Shown piece after piece: positions 45,153-55,200 of a stretch of 64,000 nucleotides of DNA. The notes below the pieces were generated by a model. The model ran no database searches. It was given only the letters and a program-made list of their open reading frames with translations, and was not told where the DNA came from. Location of the stretch: contig JAJFMH010000002.1 in the NCBI GenBank assembly GCA_021772245.1, forward strand, positions 4,690-68,689. Reading direction: 5' to 3'. Within the stretch, counting starts at the first letter, position 1, and every line of letters begins with the position of its first letter. Position numbers and translations under genes: made by a program. This DNA comes from Chlamydiota bacterium. Its GTDB lineage: Bacteria > Chlamydiota > Chlamydiia > Chlamydiales > Simkaniaceae.

Positions 45153-46291
45153 AAAAGCAAAAAAATATTTATATCCTTAAGCAATCTATGCAAAGCATTG
45201 GTGGCTTAGAAAAGTATACGATCCGTTTAGCAAATGCATTTGTAAAGAAGGGCGCAAAAGTTACCCTTGTCTGCACAAACAAAACACCACCTTCACTTTC
45301 TCCACAAATTACTACTAAACTTCTTTCCCTTAAGCAAAAAACTAGCTTTTTGAAGATGGAAGAATTTTCCGAAAAAGCAGAGCTTCTTTGCAAAAAAGAT
45401 AAACCTGATATTATTTTTGCGATGGAGCGAACCAAATTTCAAACACATATCCGAGCTGGAAATGGGGTACACAAGTCTTTTTTAGAGCAGCGAAAACCAA
45501 TGGAAAGCCGTTTGAAAAATTACTTCCATAGGGTAAATCCTCTTCATAAAGCAATCTTGCTTCAAGAAAAACTTGCATTTGAAAGTAGTGATCTTCGAAC
45601 TTTATTTACCAACTCAGAGATGGTAAAACAAGAAATTCTTTCTCACTATCAAGTAAATCCAAACAAAATCCAAGTTGTACACAATGGCGTGGAATGGCAT
45701 GAAATGCAGCCAGAGTTTTCAAATTGGGTTGAAAAAAGAGCCGCGCTTAACAAAAAATATTCATTAGATCCAACCGCTTTTACTTTTCTCTTCATTGGCT
45801 CTGGCTTTAAAAGAAAAGGGTTAAAGCCACTTCTGCAAGCCCTTGCCCTTATGAAAAATCAAGATTTCAACTTACTTGTAGTTGGAAAAGACAAAAATAT
45901 TACCAATTTTCAAAAGCTTTCCAAAAAACTTGGTCTTGCATCTAAAGTACATTTTGTCGGTGAACAAAAAAATGTTTATCCCTTTTATCAAATGGCAGAC
46001 AGTATTGTAATTCCATCTTACTATGATCCCTTCGCAAATGTTACCGTTGAAGCTCTAGCTATGGGTCTTTATGTTATTTCATCTAAATATAATGGAGGAA
46101 AAGAAGTTCTTACAGCAGATACTGGAACTGTAGTTCCATCACTTGTTGACATCGAAAGTTTTAGAGATACACTTCTCAAGAGCCTTGATTACAAAAAAAC
46201 CTGGATGAGCTCTCAAAAGATCCGCGAGCAAGTTAAACACCTTGATTATTCTAACCGATTATCTCCCATCATCAAAACTTGCCTTGTATGA
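45149..46291 (+). CDS. Glycosyltransferase, GT-B fold (family 4-like)
   Basis: GTG start overlapping the cdaR stop. GG.EKY...LA and the C-terminal FLFIGSGFKRKG...PSYYDPFANVTVEALAMG (E-x7-E region) are present. Confidence 0.75.
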   Translation: MKKQKNIYILKQSMQSIGGLEKYTIRLANAFVKKGAKVTLVCTNKTPPSLSPQITTKLLSLKQKTSFLKMEEFSEKAELLCKKDKPDIIFAMERTKFQTHIRAGNGVHKSFLEQRKPMESRLKNYFHRVNPLHKAILLQEKLAFESSDLRTLFTNSEMVKQEILSHYQVNPNKIQVVHNGVEWHEMQPEFSNWVEKRAALNKKYSLDPTAFTFLFIGSGFKRKGLKPLLQALALMKNQDFNLLVVGKDKNITNFQKLSKKLGLASKVHFVGEQKNVYPFYQMADSIVIPSYYDPFANVTVEALAMGLYVISSKYNGGKEVLTADTGTVVPSLVDIESFRDTLLKSLDYKKTWMSSQKIREQVKHLDYSNRLSPIIKTCLV

Positions 46292-47568
46292 AACATTTCT
46301 TAAGTTATATCGCGCTGTGGATTTTTTTATTTCCAATCCAGTTTTTACCTCTCGCTCTGATTCATAAATTAGGAAATACTTTCGGAAAACTCATGTTTCA
46401 TATCTCGTCAAAGTTTCGAAAGAGAGTGATGTCTAACCTTTCACTTGCAACTGAGCTTTCCCTATCCGATCAAGAAAAGAAACAAGTAGGCATTCAGTCT
46501 TTCCAAAATCTATGTATTACACTTTTGGAATATGGAAAATTTAGAAAAATTACAGATATTTCTAAAGTTGCCATTTGTGAAAACCCCGAAAAAGCCAATC
46601 AAATCTATCTCCAAAATAAAGGTCTTATCTTTTTTTGTGGGCACCAAGCAAATTGGGAAGTGCTCTTTTTAGAGGGAAGCTCACGCATGAAAGGTGTAGC
46701 TATCGGAAGACCTATCAAAAATAAATATCTTTACTCCTATATTCAAAAAATTCGCGAGCAGTTTAATGGGAACATCTTCTCTCCTAAAGAAGGAATTAAA
46801 AAAGGGCTAAAAGCACTTAAGGAAGGAAAGTTTTTCGGTATTGTAGGTGATCAAGGTATGCCAGAGAGTTCTTTTTCATCCAAATTTCTAGGCAGAAATG
46901 CCTATACATCTCCTGTGCCTGCACTTCTTGCTTGTAAACGAAACTGCCCTCTTCTTGTTGCAACAACAAGAAGAGAAAACGGAAAATACATCATTCATTA
47001 CTCTGATCCAATTTACCCAGATCCTAACCTCTCTTTAGAGGAAAACACACAAACTATGATGCAACAAGTACTTACGCTGTTTGGAAAAAGTGTAATAAAA
47101 GACCCTGGAAATTGGCTTTGGCAACATAATCGATGGAAGCAAGAGACACCAAAAAATGTCTTCTATAAATTTCGCTACGACTCAATCTTAATTATTCTTC
47201 CAAAATCAGGCTATGAGAGAATCCTTTTCCACCTTTCTACATTTAGAGAAATTTATCCCAAGGCTTTTATGAGTGTTTATTGCCCAGAAAAAATAGCCGA
47301 TAAAATTGATTTAGAAAATGTTGAAATCATTTCCTACCAACATTTGAATAACCCCATTAAAGATTATCGATTTAAATTGGTCTTTGATTTCTCCAATGAA
47401 ACCCATCTTAAAAAACATTTTTTAAAACTTTCTGCTTTTTCTGTATTAAATCTAAAGGATCTGAATAAACTTGCAAATGATCATTTGACGAGCAGTGATG
47501 ATTTATCTATGGTGATAAAAAAAGCAATTTGTAGACCAAACACCCTTTGGAGTCCCCATGCCACATAA
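46288..47568 (+). CDS. Lipid A biosynthesis late acyltransferase family protein (LpxL/HtrB-like) with a C-terminal extension of about 130 aa
   Basis: N-terminal TM, the HQANWE (HX4E-type) acyltransferase motif and GIVGDQG. The ATG at 46288 overlaps the stop of the upstream gene. Confidence 0.65.
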   Translation: MKHFLSYIALWIFLFPIQFLPLALIHKLGNTFGKLMFHISSKFRKRVMSNLSLATELSLSDQEKKQVGIQSFQNLCITLLEYGKFRKITDISKVAICENPEKANQIYLQNKGLIFFCGHQANWEVLFLEGSSRMKGVAIGRPIKNKYLYSYIQKIREQFNGNIFSPKEGIKKGLKALKEGKFFGIVGDQGMPESSFSSKFLGRNAYTSPVPALLACKRNCPLLVATTRRENGKYIIHYSDPIYPDPNLSLEENTQTMMQQVLTLFGKSVIKDPGNWLWQHNRWKQETPKNVFYKFRYDSILIILPKSGYERILFHLSTFREIYPKAFMSVYCPEKIADKIDLENVEIISYQHLNNPIKDYRFKLVFDFSNETHLKKHFLKLSAFSVLNLKDLNKLANDHLTSSDDLSMVIKKAICRPNTLWSPHAT

Positions 47569-48262
47569 TAGATATTTTATTGATGAAACAATTGAAATAG
47601 ATAAAACATACCCCCTTCTAGAAAATGAACTTCATCATCTCAATGTGATGCGATCAAGCGCTGGAGATAAAATTGAAGTTATCAATGGGAAAGGCTTTTT
47701 ATATGAAGGCATTATAACAAATATTGAGAAACGCTCTGCAGAAATTACAATTATAAAATTACTTGAAAAAGCTGACAGTGAACCGGATCTTTTTCTAGCC
47801 CAATGTTTCCCCAAGCTTTCCAGTCTAGAGTTAATCTTTGAAAAAGGCATTGAGCTTGGTTGTACCCGTTTCTTTTTCTTTCCAAGCAAATTATCTGAAA
47901 AAATTGTCCTTACAGAAAACAAAAAACAGCGCCTTGAACATATTAAGATCTCTAGTATGAAGCAATGTGGAAGACTCTTCATGCCTCAAATAACTTTCTT
48001 GGATGAAATGGTAGAAATGCAAGAAATTTCAGTCTGTATGCTCTATGGCGATATTTCAAAAAACTCCCCAGATATGCTTCACCATGTATGCTCTGATAAA
48101 CCCTATTTATTTATCAACGGCCCTGAGAAAGGTTTCACTGAAAATGAAATTGCCGTTATGGAAGAAACTCTATTTGCTAAAGGGGTTTCATTGAGTCCAA
48201 ATGTCTTAAGGTGCGAGACCGCCGCGATTGCTGCTATGGCAGTCCTCGCGCAAAAGCTCTAA
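47558..48262 (+). CDS. rsmE: 16S rRNA (uracil1498-N3)-methyltransferase
   Basis: MPHNRYFIDE... start, an N-terminal PUA-like domain, and the C-terminal SPOUT motifs INGPEKGFTENE and LSPNVLRCETAAIAA. Confidence 0.8.
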   Translation: MPHNRYFIDETIEIDKTYPLLENELHHLNVMRSSAGDKIEVINGKGFLYEGIITNIEKRSAEITIIKLLEKADSEPDLFLAQCFPKLSSLELIFEKGIELGCTRFFFFPSKLSEKIVLTENKKQRLEHIKISSMKQCGRLFMPQITFLDEMVEMQEISVCMLYGDISKNSPDMLHHVCSDKPYLFINGPEKGFTENEIAVMEETLFAKGVSLSPNVLRCETAAIAAMAVLAQKL

Positions 48263-50058
48263 AATTTACAGGAATTAAGAAGGTCTGTCTTATTCAGACT
48301 TTCATTTCCCAAAAAAACGAGTCCTTTACTCGAATCAAGAGTTACCTCTTGCCCATCTTTCAAAATTTTACAAGCAGAATCAGCTCTTCTTAGAAGTGGG
48401 ATTTTATATTCTTCGCATAGCGCCTTAGCCCGTTTTTCTGATTCCTTATCTTCTGGATGATTTTGCAAAATCACCCCAAGAGCATTTTTAAATAAGGGTC
48501 TCATAATTTCATCACATGATGAAATTACGATAAGAGCTTGTTTACAATCATATTTCTTGTTCTTATCAAATGCTGGTATAAGACAAACTTTCCCAAAAAC
48601 AGAATCCCCTTTTGAGGGAGCTCCTCGAACTAATACATCTCCAACACTTTCAACAACAAGAGTATTTGTGGTGCCACTAATTCCAAATGGCGTTCCAGCA
48701 GATACAACAACTAGGTCACCATACTCTACGAGTCCTTTTTCAAGCGCGAAACATGAAGCAACTTTAAAACCTTCCTTTACATCTTTTACCTGATGTAAAA
48801 TGGGAACAACGCCCCAATTGGAGCCTAATTGATAGAATGTCTTCTCGTTGGAGGTTACCGCTATGATGGGGACTTTGGGTCTAAATCTTGCAATTGCCCT
48901 TGCAGTTGTCCCTGAATTTGTAAACACCAAAATAGCTTTACCTCGCGCGCTATAGGCAATTTTTACGGCAGCAATAGCAACTGACGAAGAGATATCTTGA
49001 AACACTTTTGTTGCAATATCGGTATAAAAAAACTGTTCAAAATTAAAATCTTTTTCTGTTTCTTCGATTGTTTTTTTCATAATTTGAAGAGTTTCAATCG
49101 GATATTTTCCAACCGCAGTCTCACCCGAAAGCATGACTGCAGATGTACTGTCATAAATAGCATTGGCAACATCTGATACCTCAGCTCGCGTCGGCCTTGG
49201 ACTTTGAATCATTGATTCTAGCATCTGGGTTGCCGTAACTACTGGCTTGAATACTCGATAACATTTACGAATCATCATTTTTTGCAATCTAGGAACATGT
49301 GTTAACGGGAGCTCTACCCCTAAATCTCCCCTTGCAATCATTATCCCATCCGATGCTTGTAAAATAGAATCGAAGTTTTTTACTCCAAGTGCGCTCTCTA
49401 TTTTTGAAAAAACTAAAATATTTGAGCTGTTATTTTTATGTAGCAATTTTTTAATTTCTAAAACATGTTCATAAGAGCGGATAAAGGAAGCTGCTAATAT
49501 ATCTATATCTTGCTCGCACCCAAAGGAAATATCAGCAATATCTCTATCTGTCATAGCAGGAAGGTTTACTTCCTCATGCGGAATATTTACCCCCTTATGT
49601 GGCCGAATCAAACCTGGATTTTCAATTTCAATGACCACCCCTTTTTTATTCACCTCGATGACCTTCGAATAGATGTACCCATCGTCAATGAGAACTTTCA
49701 TTCCTTTTTCAAGATCATCTAAAACAGAGGGTGGAGAAATTGATACACCATCTTCGCTACCCAAAATATCTTCTTTTACAAGCTGTAACTTCTGTTTTCG
49801 TTTTACTTCAAAAGATGGTTCTTTGAGGTTACCAAGGCGAATTTCAGGTCCCTTTGTATCAAGCATAATCGATAATGGAACTTTTTTTTCAGCTCTTGCT
49901 TTTTTTAAAAGCGCTATAACGTTTGCATGCTCATCATGGGTACCATGACTAAAATTAATCCTAGCAACATTCATACCTGCATCAATTAGCTTTTTAATCG
50001 ATTCATATGAATTTACTGCCGGGCCAATAGTACAAACAATTTTTGTGCGTGTACGCAT
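48259..50058 (-). CDS. pyk: Pyruvate kinase with an extra C-terminal PEP-utilizer-type mobile domain
   Basis: KIVCTIGPA, MNVARINFSHG, MLDTKGPEIR, IMIARGDLGVE and MLSGETA are present. An additional ~110 aa beyond the canonical C-domain is also present, as in Bacillus-type PK. Confidence 0.9.
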   Translation of the reverse strand: MRTRTKIVCTIGPAVNSYESIKKLIDAGMNVARINFSHGTHDEHANVIALLKKARAEKKVPLSIMLDTKGPEIRLGNLKEPSFEVKRKQKLQLVKEDILGSEDGVSISPPSVLDDLEKGMKVLIDDGYIYSKVIEVNKKGVVIEIENPGLIRPHKGVNIPHEEVNLPAMTDRDIADISFGCEQDIDILAASFIRSYEHVLEIKKLLHKNNSSNILVFSKIESALGVKNFDSILQASDGIMIARGDLGVELPLTHVPRLQKMMIRKCYRVFKPVVTATQMLESMIQSPRPTRAEVSDVANAIYDSTSAVMLSGETAVGKYPIETLQIMKKTIEETEKDFNFEQFFYTDIATKVFQDISSSVAIAAVKIAYSARGKAILVFTNSGTTARAIARFRPKVPIIAVTSNEKTFYQLGSNWGVVPILHQVKDVKEGFKVASCFALEKGLVEYGDLVVVSAGTPFGISGTTNTLVVESVGDVLVRGAPSKGDSVFGKVCLIPAFDKNKKYDCKQALIVISSCDEIMRPLFKNALGVILQNHPEDKESEKRAKALCEEYKIPLLRRADSACKILKDGQEVTLDSSKGLVFLGNESLNKTDLLNSCKF

Positions 50059-50150
50059 AGAGATACATCCTAACTTTTACCTAAAAATTTCAGCATATAG
50101 GAATAAGGAGTTAAGTGAAAAATAAAAAGCATATAATAAGTGATGTCTAT

Positions 50151-51851
50151 CTAAGTAATAAGACCAGGCATGCGCATTCTTGCTTGCTGAGCCTTCGATT
50201 GCTGTAAAAAACGAGAAAAATCTCCCGATCTTCCAAGTGATTCACCAAAAAGATCACCAACATCCCTTCTCATCTCCTCCCAACGCCTGTAATCACCATT
50301 TGCATTATTTAGTAAGCGAGTTACTTCATGAAAATTTTCTTCGTTGTTGAAGCTTTGAACAACAAACTGGGATTCAGTATCGGCTTCAAAACTTGATGCA
50401 GTCGTCTCTCTTATATGAGCTCCTGTAAGTGACTCTCCAATACGCCTTGCAGCCGAAAAAAAGCCTTCAGGAAGTATATGATGCAAAGGATCGATATCCA
50501 TCTCTTCACCTGATAAAAGCAATGTGACTTTCACTCTTGCTTGCTCACTCACAGTATTTATACCTAAATGCTCAGCGCCACCGAGACGAATTCCATCATC
50601 CATTTCCCAAATATAGTGAACATCAATCGGTTCATCAAGTTGAGATACTTTATGCTGGAACCATTCCGATGTAGCTCCATCAACTCCCGGATTACAAAGT
50701 CCAGTTATTTTGGATACAAGTCCCATAAATAAAGTAGTATCTCGCTCAACTTGTGCGCCCCCTAAACTGTAACCAATAAGCTCCACTTTTTCGCCAGGTC
50801 GATCGATAAAACGAAGAGTTGGATCAGTAAGATAATTAAGAGTATCACGATAGGTTGACTTTACACCAAAGACACCTAAATCTGGTCTTAAGTCATCGAA
50901 AATAGATGCCCAGTCATTTTGTGGTAATTGAGTGCCAAGATAAAAAATCTTATTTTTTATCTCCTCTGATTTATTCATTGCCTTCATGAGATATTTTGTA
51001 GATCCACCACCTCTAATTCTTTGATGCACATAATGGAAACCACCCTGCAAGCGAATTACAAGACCATCAGGAGTATAAGAGCCAAAAATTTTCTTGGAAA
51101 GACGCACGAGCTCTTCAACCTCAGTTGCTCCCTCAGTTCTCTTCATCTGCTCTAACTTATATATTGTTCTTTTAATATTAGAGAGTCCATACCACCTTAT
51201 CCCATAATCTTTATATGACCTAGGGTCTTCATGCATAAACATAGTTTCAAGGCGCTTGAAAGGACTTGCAATCTTGTATAATTCATCCAAGTCTTCATAA
51301 TTGAGCTGGGAAAATGTTTTACCTTCAAAACGCTCTCTTGCTGCAGCAGTCTGCTCTTCAGATAAATGTATATAGTTTCCATCTGCAATTTGTAGATCAT
51401 AGAATATCGTTTGCAAATCTTGTTTACGAACGTCTCCCATAGCAGCAAAAAGAATCTCAACATCCTGTTTAGTAAGATCTAAACCGAAAACTCTTTTTTC
51501 CTGTAAATGGAGGCTGTATCTTTCTGAAATTCGATTCACCCTTATCCGACCAAAAGTCTCATAAAAAAAATCAATGGTTTCTCTATTTTCCTGTTTATAA
51601 CTATCTGAAAAAAAGAGTGAAAAAAAGCTCGAGACAAAACTTAAAATACTATTTATGGAAAAGTCTGTTGTGCACGAAAAAGTCTCCGGAGTCACTTTAA
51701 TGACGACCCTCTTGTAAAAAGGAATATCCGCCAAATCATATGAAATCTGCTCAAGATAACCTGGCATCATACAAGACTGAATAGGACTATATAAGGCAAT
51801 ACTAGACATTTTTTTAGTAAGTTCTTTAAATTTGCCTGGATTATTACACAA
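50151..51851 (-). CDS. Hypothetical protein with an alpha/beta-hydrolase (lipase/esterase-like) nucleophile elbow
   Basis: 566 aa with no signal peptide. A GYSLGG (GxSxG) motif is encoded at 50757-50774, preceded by the hydrophobic strand KVELI. The alternative start is M15 (MSSIALYSP). No family was recognised. Confidence 0.5.
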   Translation of the reverse strand: MCNNPGKFKELTKKMSSIALYSPIQSCMMPGYLEQISYDLADIPFYKRVVIKVTPETFSCTTDFSINSILSFVSSFFSLFFSDSYKQENRETIDFFYETFGRIRVNRISERYSLHLQEKRVFGLDLTKQDVEILFAAMGDVRKQDLQTIFYDLQIADGNYIHLSEEQTAAARERFEGKTFSQLNYEDLDELYKIASPFKRLETMFMHEDPRSYKDYGIRWYGLSNIKRTIYKLEQMKRTEGATEVEELVRLSKKIFGSYTPDGLVIRLQGGFHYVHQRIRGGGSTKYLMKAMNKSEEIKNKIFYLGTQLPQNDWASIFDDLRPDLGVFGVKSTYRDTLNYLTDPTLRFIDRPGEKVELIGYSLGGAQVERDTTLFMGLVSKITGLCNPGVDGATSEWFQHKVSQLDEPIDVHYIWEMDDGIRLGGAEHLGINTVSEQARVKVTLLLSGEEMDIDPLHHILPEGFFSAARRIGESLTGAHIRETTASSFEADTESQFVVQSFNNEENFHEVTRLLNNANGDYRRWEEMRRDVGDLFGESLGRSGDFSRFLQQSKAQQARMRMPGLIT

Positions 51852-52256
51852 GACTTTAATTAAATCAACCAGAACATAAAAAGTTAATTGTTTTTAAAAT
51901 CTAATAACAAATAAAACAAATCCCCGAGCTAATAAACAAAGTGTTTTAGCTTGTTGAAACAAGGTATAAATTTATTTACAGTTTATTTTAAAAAAAACTT
52001 ACTGAAACTTGGATTCGTACTCTCTAAAAAAGTCTCTAAAATCCAAGTTGGGCATTTGAAAAGAAAATTTTGCAGTGAGCCTATTATTATAAATCGTTGA
52101 GTTTTGGTGAAAACCTGAGCAACGTCTCAGCATTTCAAAATCATCACTTCATTTTTCAAGCGCAATGTGAATCTATCCAGTTGGAGCATTGCTCTAAGTT
52201 CCTATTGATAAATCCTACAGTAGTAACTATAATCGAGCCTTTTGCAAAAGGGTTCC

Positions 52257-55200
52257 ATGAAAAAAATAGACTTAAAGAAAGTCAAAGTTCACAACTTAAA
52301 AGAAGTTGATCTTTCTTTAGAATCACAGAAGCTAATTATTTTTACTGGAGTGTCAGGGTCTGGAAAATCATCTCTTGCTTTTGATACGATCTATGTAGAA
52401 GGACAAAGACGCTATGTCGAGTCTCTTTCTTCATATGCAAAGAGATTTTTAGGTGATCTAACAAAACCCGAAGCTGAATCCATTACGGGCATCTCTCCAA
52501 CCATCGCAATCGAGCAAAAAACAGTCAGTAAAAATCCAAGATCCACAGTTGGTACGCTTACTGGGATCTATGACTTTATGAGAGTTCTTTTTGCAAGAAT
52601 TGGAACGCCCTATTGCCCCATTAGCCAAGAGCCTATTTCGTTTCAAAGTAGAGATCATATTTTTCATGAGGTTATGAAGCACACCCCTGCAAAAGGAATC
52701 TTTCTATCTCCCTATATCCAAGGAAAAAAAGGAGAGCTTAAAGATGTTTTTGAAGACCTCTTACGCAAAGGATTTATGAAAATCCGCCTCGGCAAAGAGA
52801 TCTACGATCTTTCGGAAGAAATTAGCTTAGATAAAAGTAAACATCACGATATTGATATCGTGATTGATCGTGTGGTAATTGAAGAAAATAATCGATCAAG
52901 AATCAAAGAAGCAATCACCTCAAGTTTAGATCTTGGCAGTGGGCTTATGACTCTTCTGATACAAACAGATAACAAAGAAGAGGAAATCCTTTTCTCTGAA
53001 TTTGCCTACAGTAAAAAATCTAAAACCTCCTATCCCCCACTTGAGCCCCAAGATTTTTCATTTAATCACCCAAAAGGAATGTGCTCTGCATGTGAGGGTC
53101 TTGGTCAAACACTCGATTTCGATTTTGATAAAATTATTGATCCTAAACTCTCCATTAAAGAGGGCGCCGTATCTATTGCTGGATCGTACAATACTGTTCG
53201 ATGGGGCAATATCTACGATAACCTAGCTAGGCTTTATAAATTTTCAGTCGACACACCGTGGGAAGATTTGCCCAAAAAAAACAAAGACATCTTTTTAAAT
53301 GGCGTGGATAAAAAATGGATCAAGATGCGTTTTGTCCATCCTGAAAAGGGAAATACATGGACTGACTATGTTTCATGGAAAGGTGTGATTTTTGAGGCTA
53401 AAAAAAGATACGCTGATGCAAAAAGTGATCTATATAAAGCAAATGTAGAAAAGCTAATGAGTAGACTTCCCTGCTCAGCTTGTAATCAAGCTAGAATTAA
53501 ACCTTATCCAGCTGCATGTAGACTTAATGGAAAAACCATCAAAGATCTAATCTCTATGCCTCTACATGACCTTCTTGCATTCTTTGAGAACTATGCCCTT
53601 ACAAATGAGGAAGAAAGAATCGGCTCAGCTCTTATACAAGAGATCAAAAAACGAATCGCATTCTTACTCAACGTTGGTCTTTTTTATCTATCGATAGATA
53701 GATTAAGTCCATCACTCTCAGGTGGTGAAGCGCAAAGAGTAAGACTTGCATCGCAGATAGGCTCTGGACTTGTTGGAACAACATATATCCTGGATGAACC
53801 ATCCATAGGTCTTCACCCAAGAGACAATGAAAAGCTTATCGGTACCCTTAAAGAGCTACGCGATAAAGGAAATACTGTCATTGTGGTAGAGCACGATGAA
53901 GGAATGATGCTGCAAGCAGATCAAATCGTAGATGTAGGCCCCTTTGCAGGAGTAAATGGTGGGGAAATTATTTCTAGTGGATCGTTGCAGGATCTTGTAA
54001 AAAACCCCAAATCTCTAACTGGCGCGTATCTTTGTGGGAAAAAGTCTCTTCCCACTTTTGCAAAAAGAGTTGATGCGGCAAAGCATACACTTACAATAAC
54101 AGGCGCAACTCTCCATAACTTGAAAAAGGTTTCTCTTACACTTCCTCTGCAAAAATTTATTGCCATTACAGGTGTATCAGGTTCTGGAAAATCTTCCTTG
54201 ATTTCACAAACGCTTGTACCAGCTCTTCTAAATGAACTCCATGACTCTCGTCACAAAGTAGGTCCATACTCTGAAATTTTAGGGTTAGAGCACATTGACA
54301 AAGTGATTTCAATTGACCAAAGTCCCATCGGAAGAACACCAAGATCCAATCCCTCTACTTATATCAAAGTATTTGATGATATCCGTAACCTCTTTTCGTC
54401 TCTTCCAGAAAGTAAGACAAATGGATTTACAGTCGGTCGTTTTAGTTTCAACGTAAAGGAAGGATCTTGTCCAAATTGCTCAGGAATGGGGCAAATTCGG
54501 GTTGATATGGACTTTATGGAAGATGTATGGCTAAGCTGCCCGCAGTGCAATGGAAAAAGATTTGATCCTAAAACGCTTTCTATTCTTTATAAAGGGAAAA
54601 ACATCAATGATGTTTTAGAAATGAGCGTCGAAGAAGCGCAAAGCTTCTTCGAAGCAACGCCTCCCATCAGGCATAAACTCGATATTCTTCTGAAAGTCGG
54701 TCTTTCTTACGTAACGCTTGGGCAATCTTCTGTTACACTTTCGGGTGGAGAAGCGCAAAGAATCAAACTTGCGAAAGAAATCATCCGAAGAGATACTGGG
54801 AAAACGCTATATGTATTCGATGAACCAACAACCGGTCTTCATATCCATGATATCGCGAAACTACTTGAAATTCTGCAAGAACTTGTTGAGCGCAAAAACA
54901 CCGTTCTTGTCATAGAACACCAGATGGATCTTGTAAAAGCTGCCGATTATGTAATAGACATTGGACCGGAGGGCGGTTTTCAAGGTGGGAAAATCATGTT
55001 TGAAGGTACACCTGAAAACCTTTCTAAAAAAAGATCGCCTACAGGAATTGCACTTAAAGAAGCTTTTGCTCCTAAAAAAATTAAACCCGCTACTATTTCT
55101 CATGATGCTGAAAAAAAAGTTACAACGATTGAAGTAACCAATGCATGTCAAAACAACCTGCAAAATGTTTCTCTATCTCTTCCAAGAGATAAAATTACCG

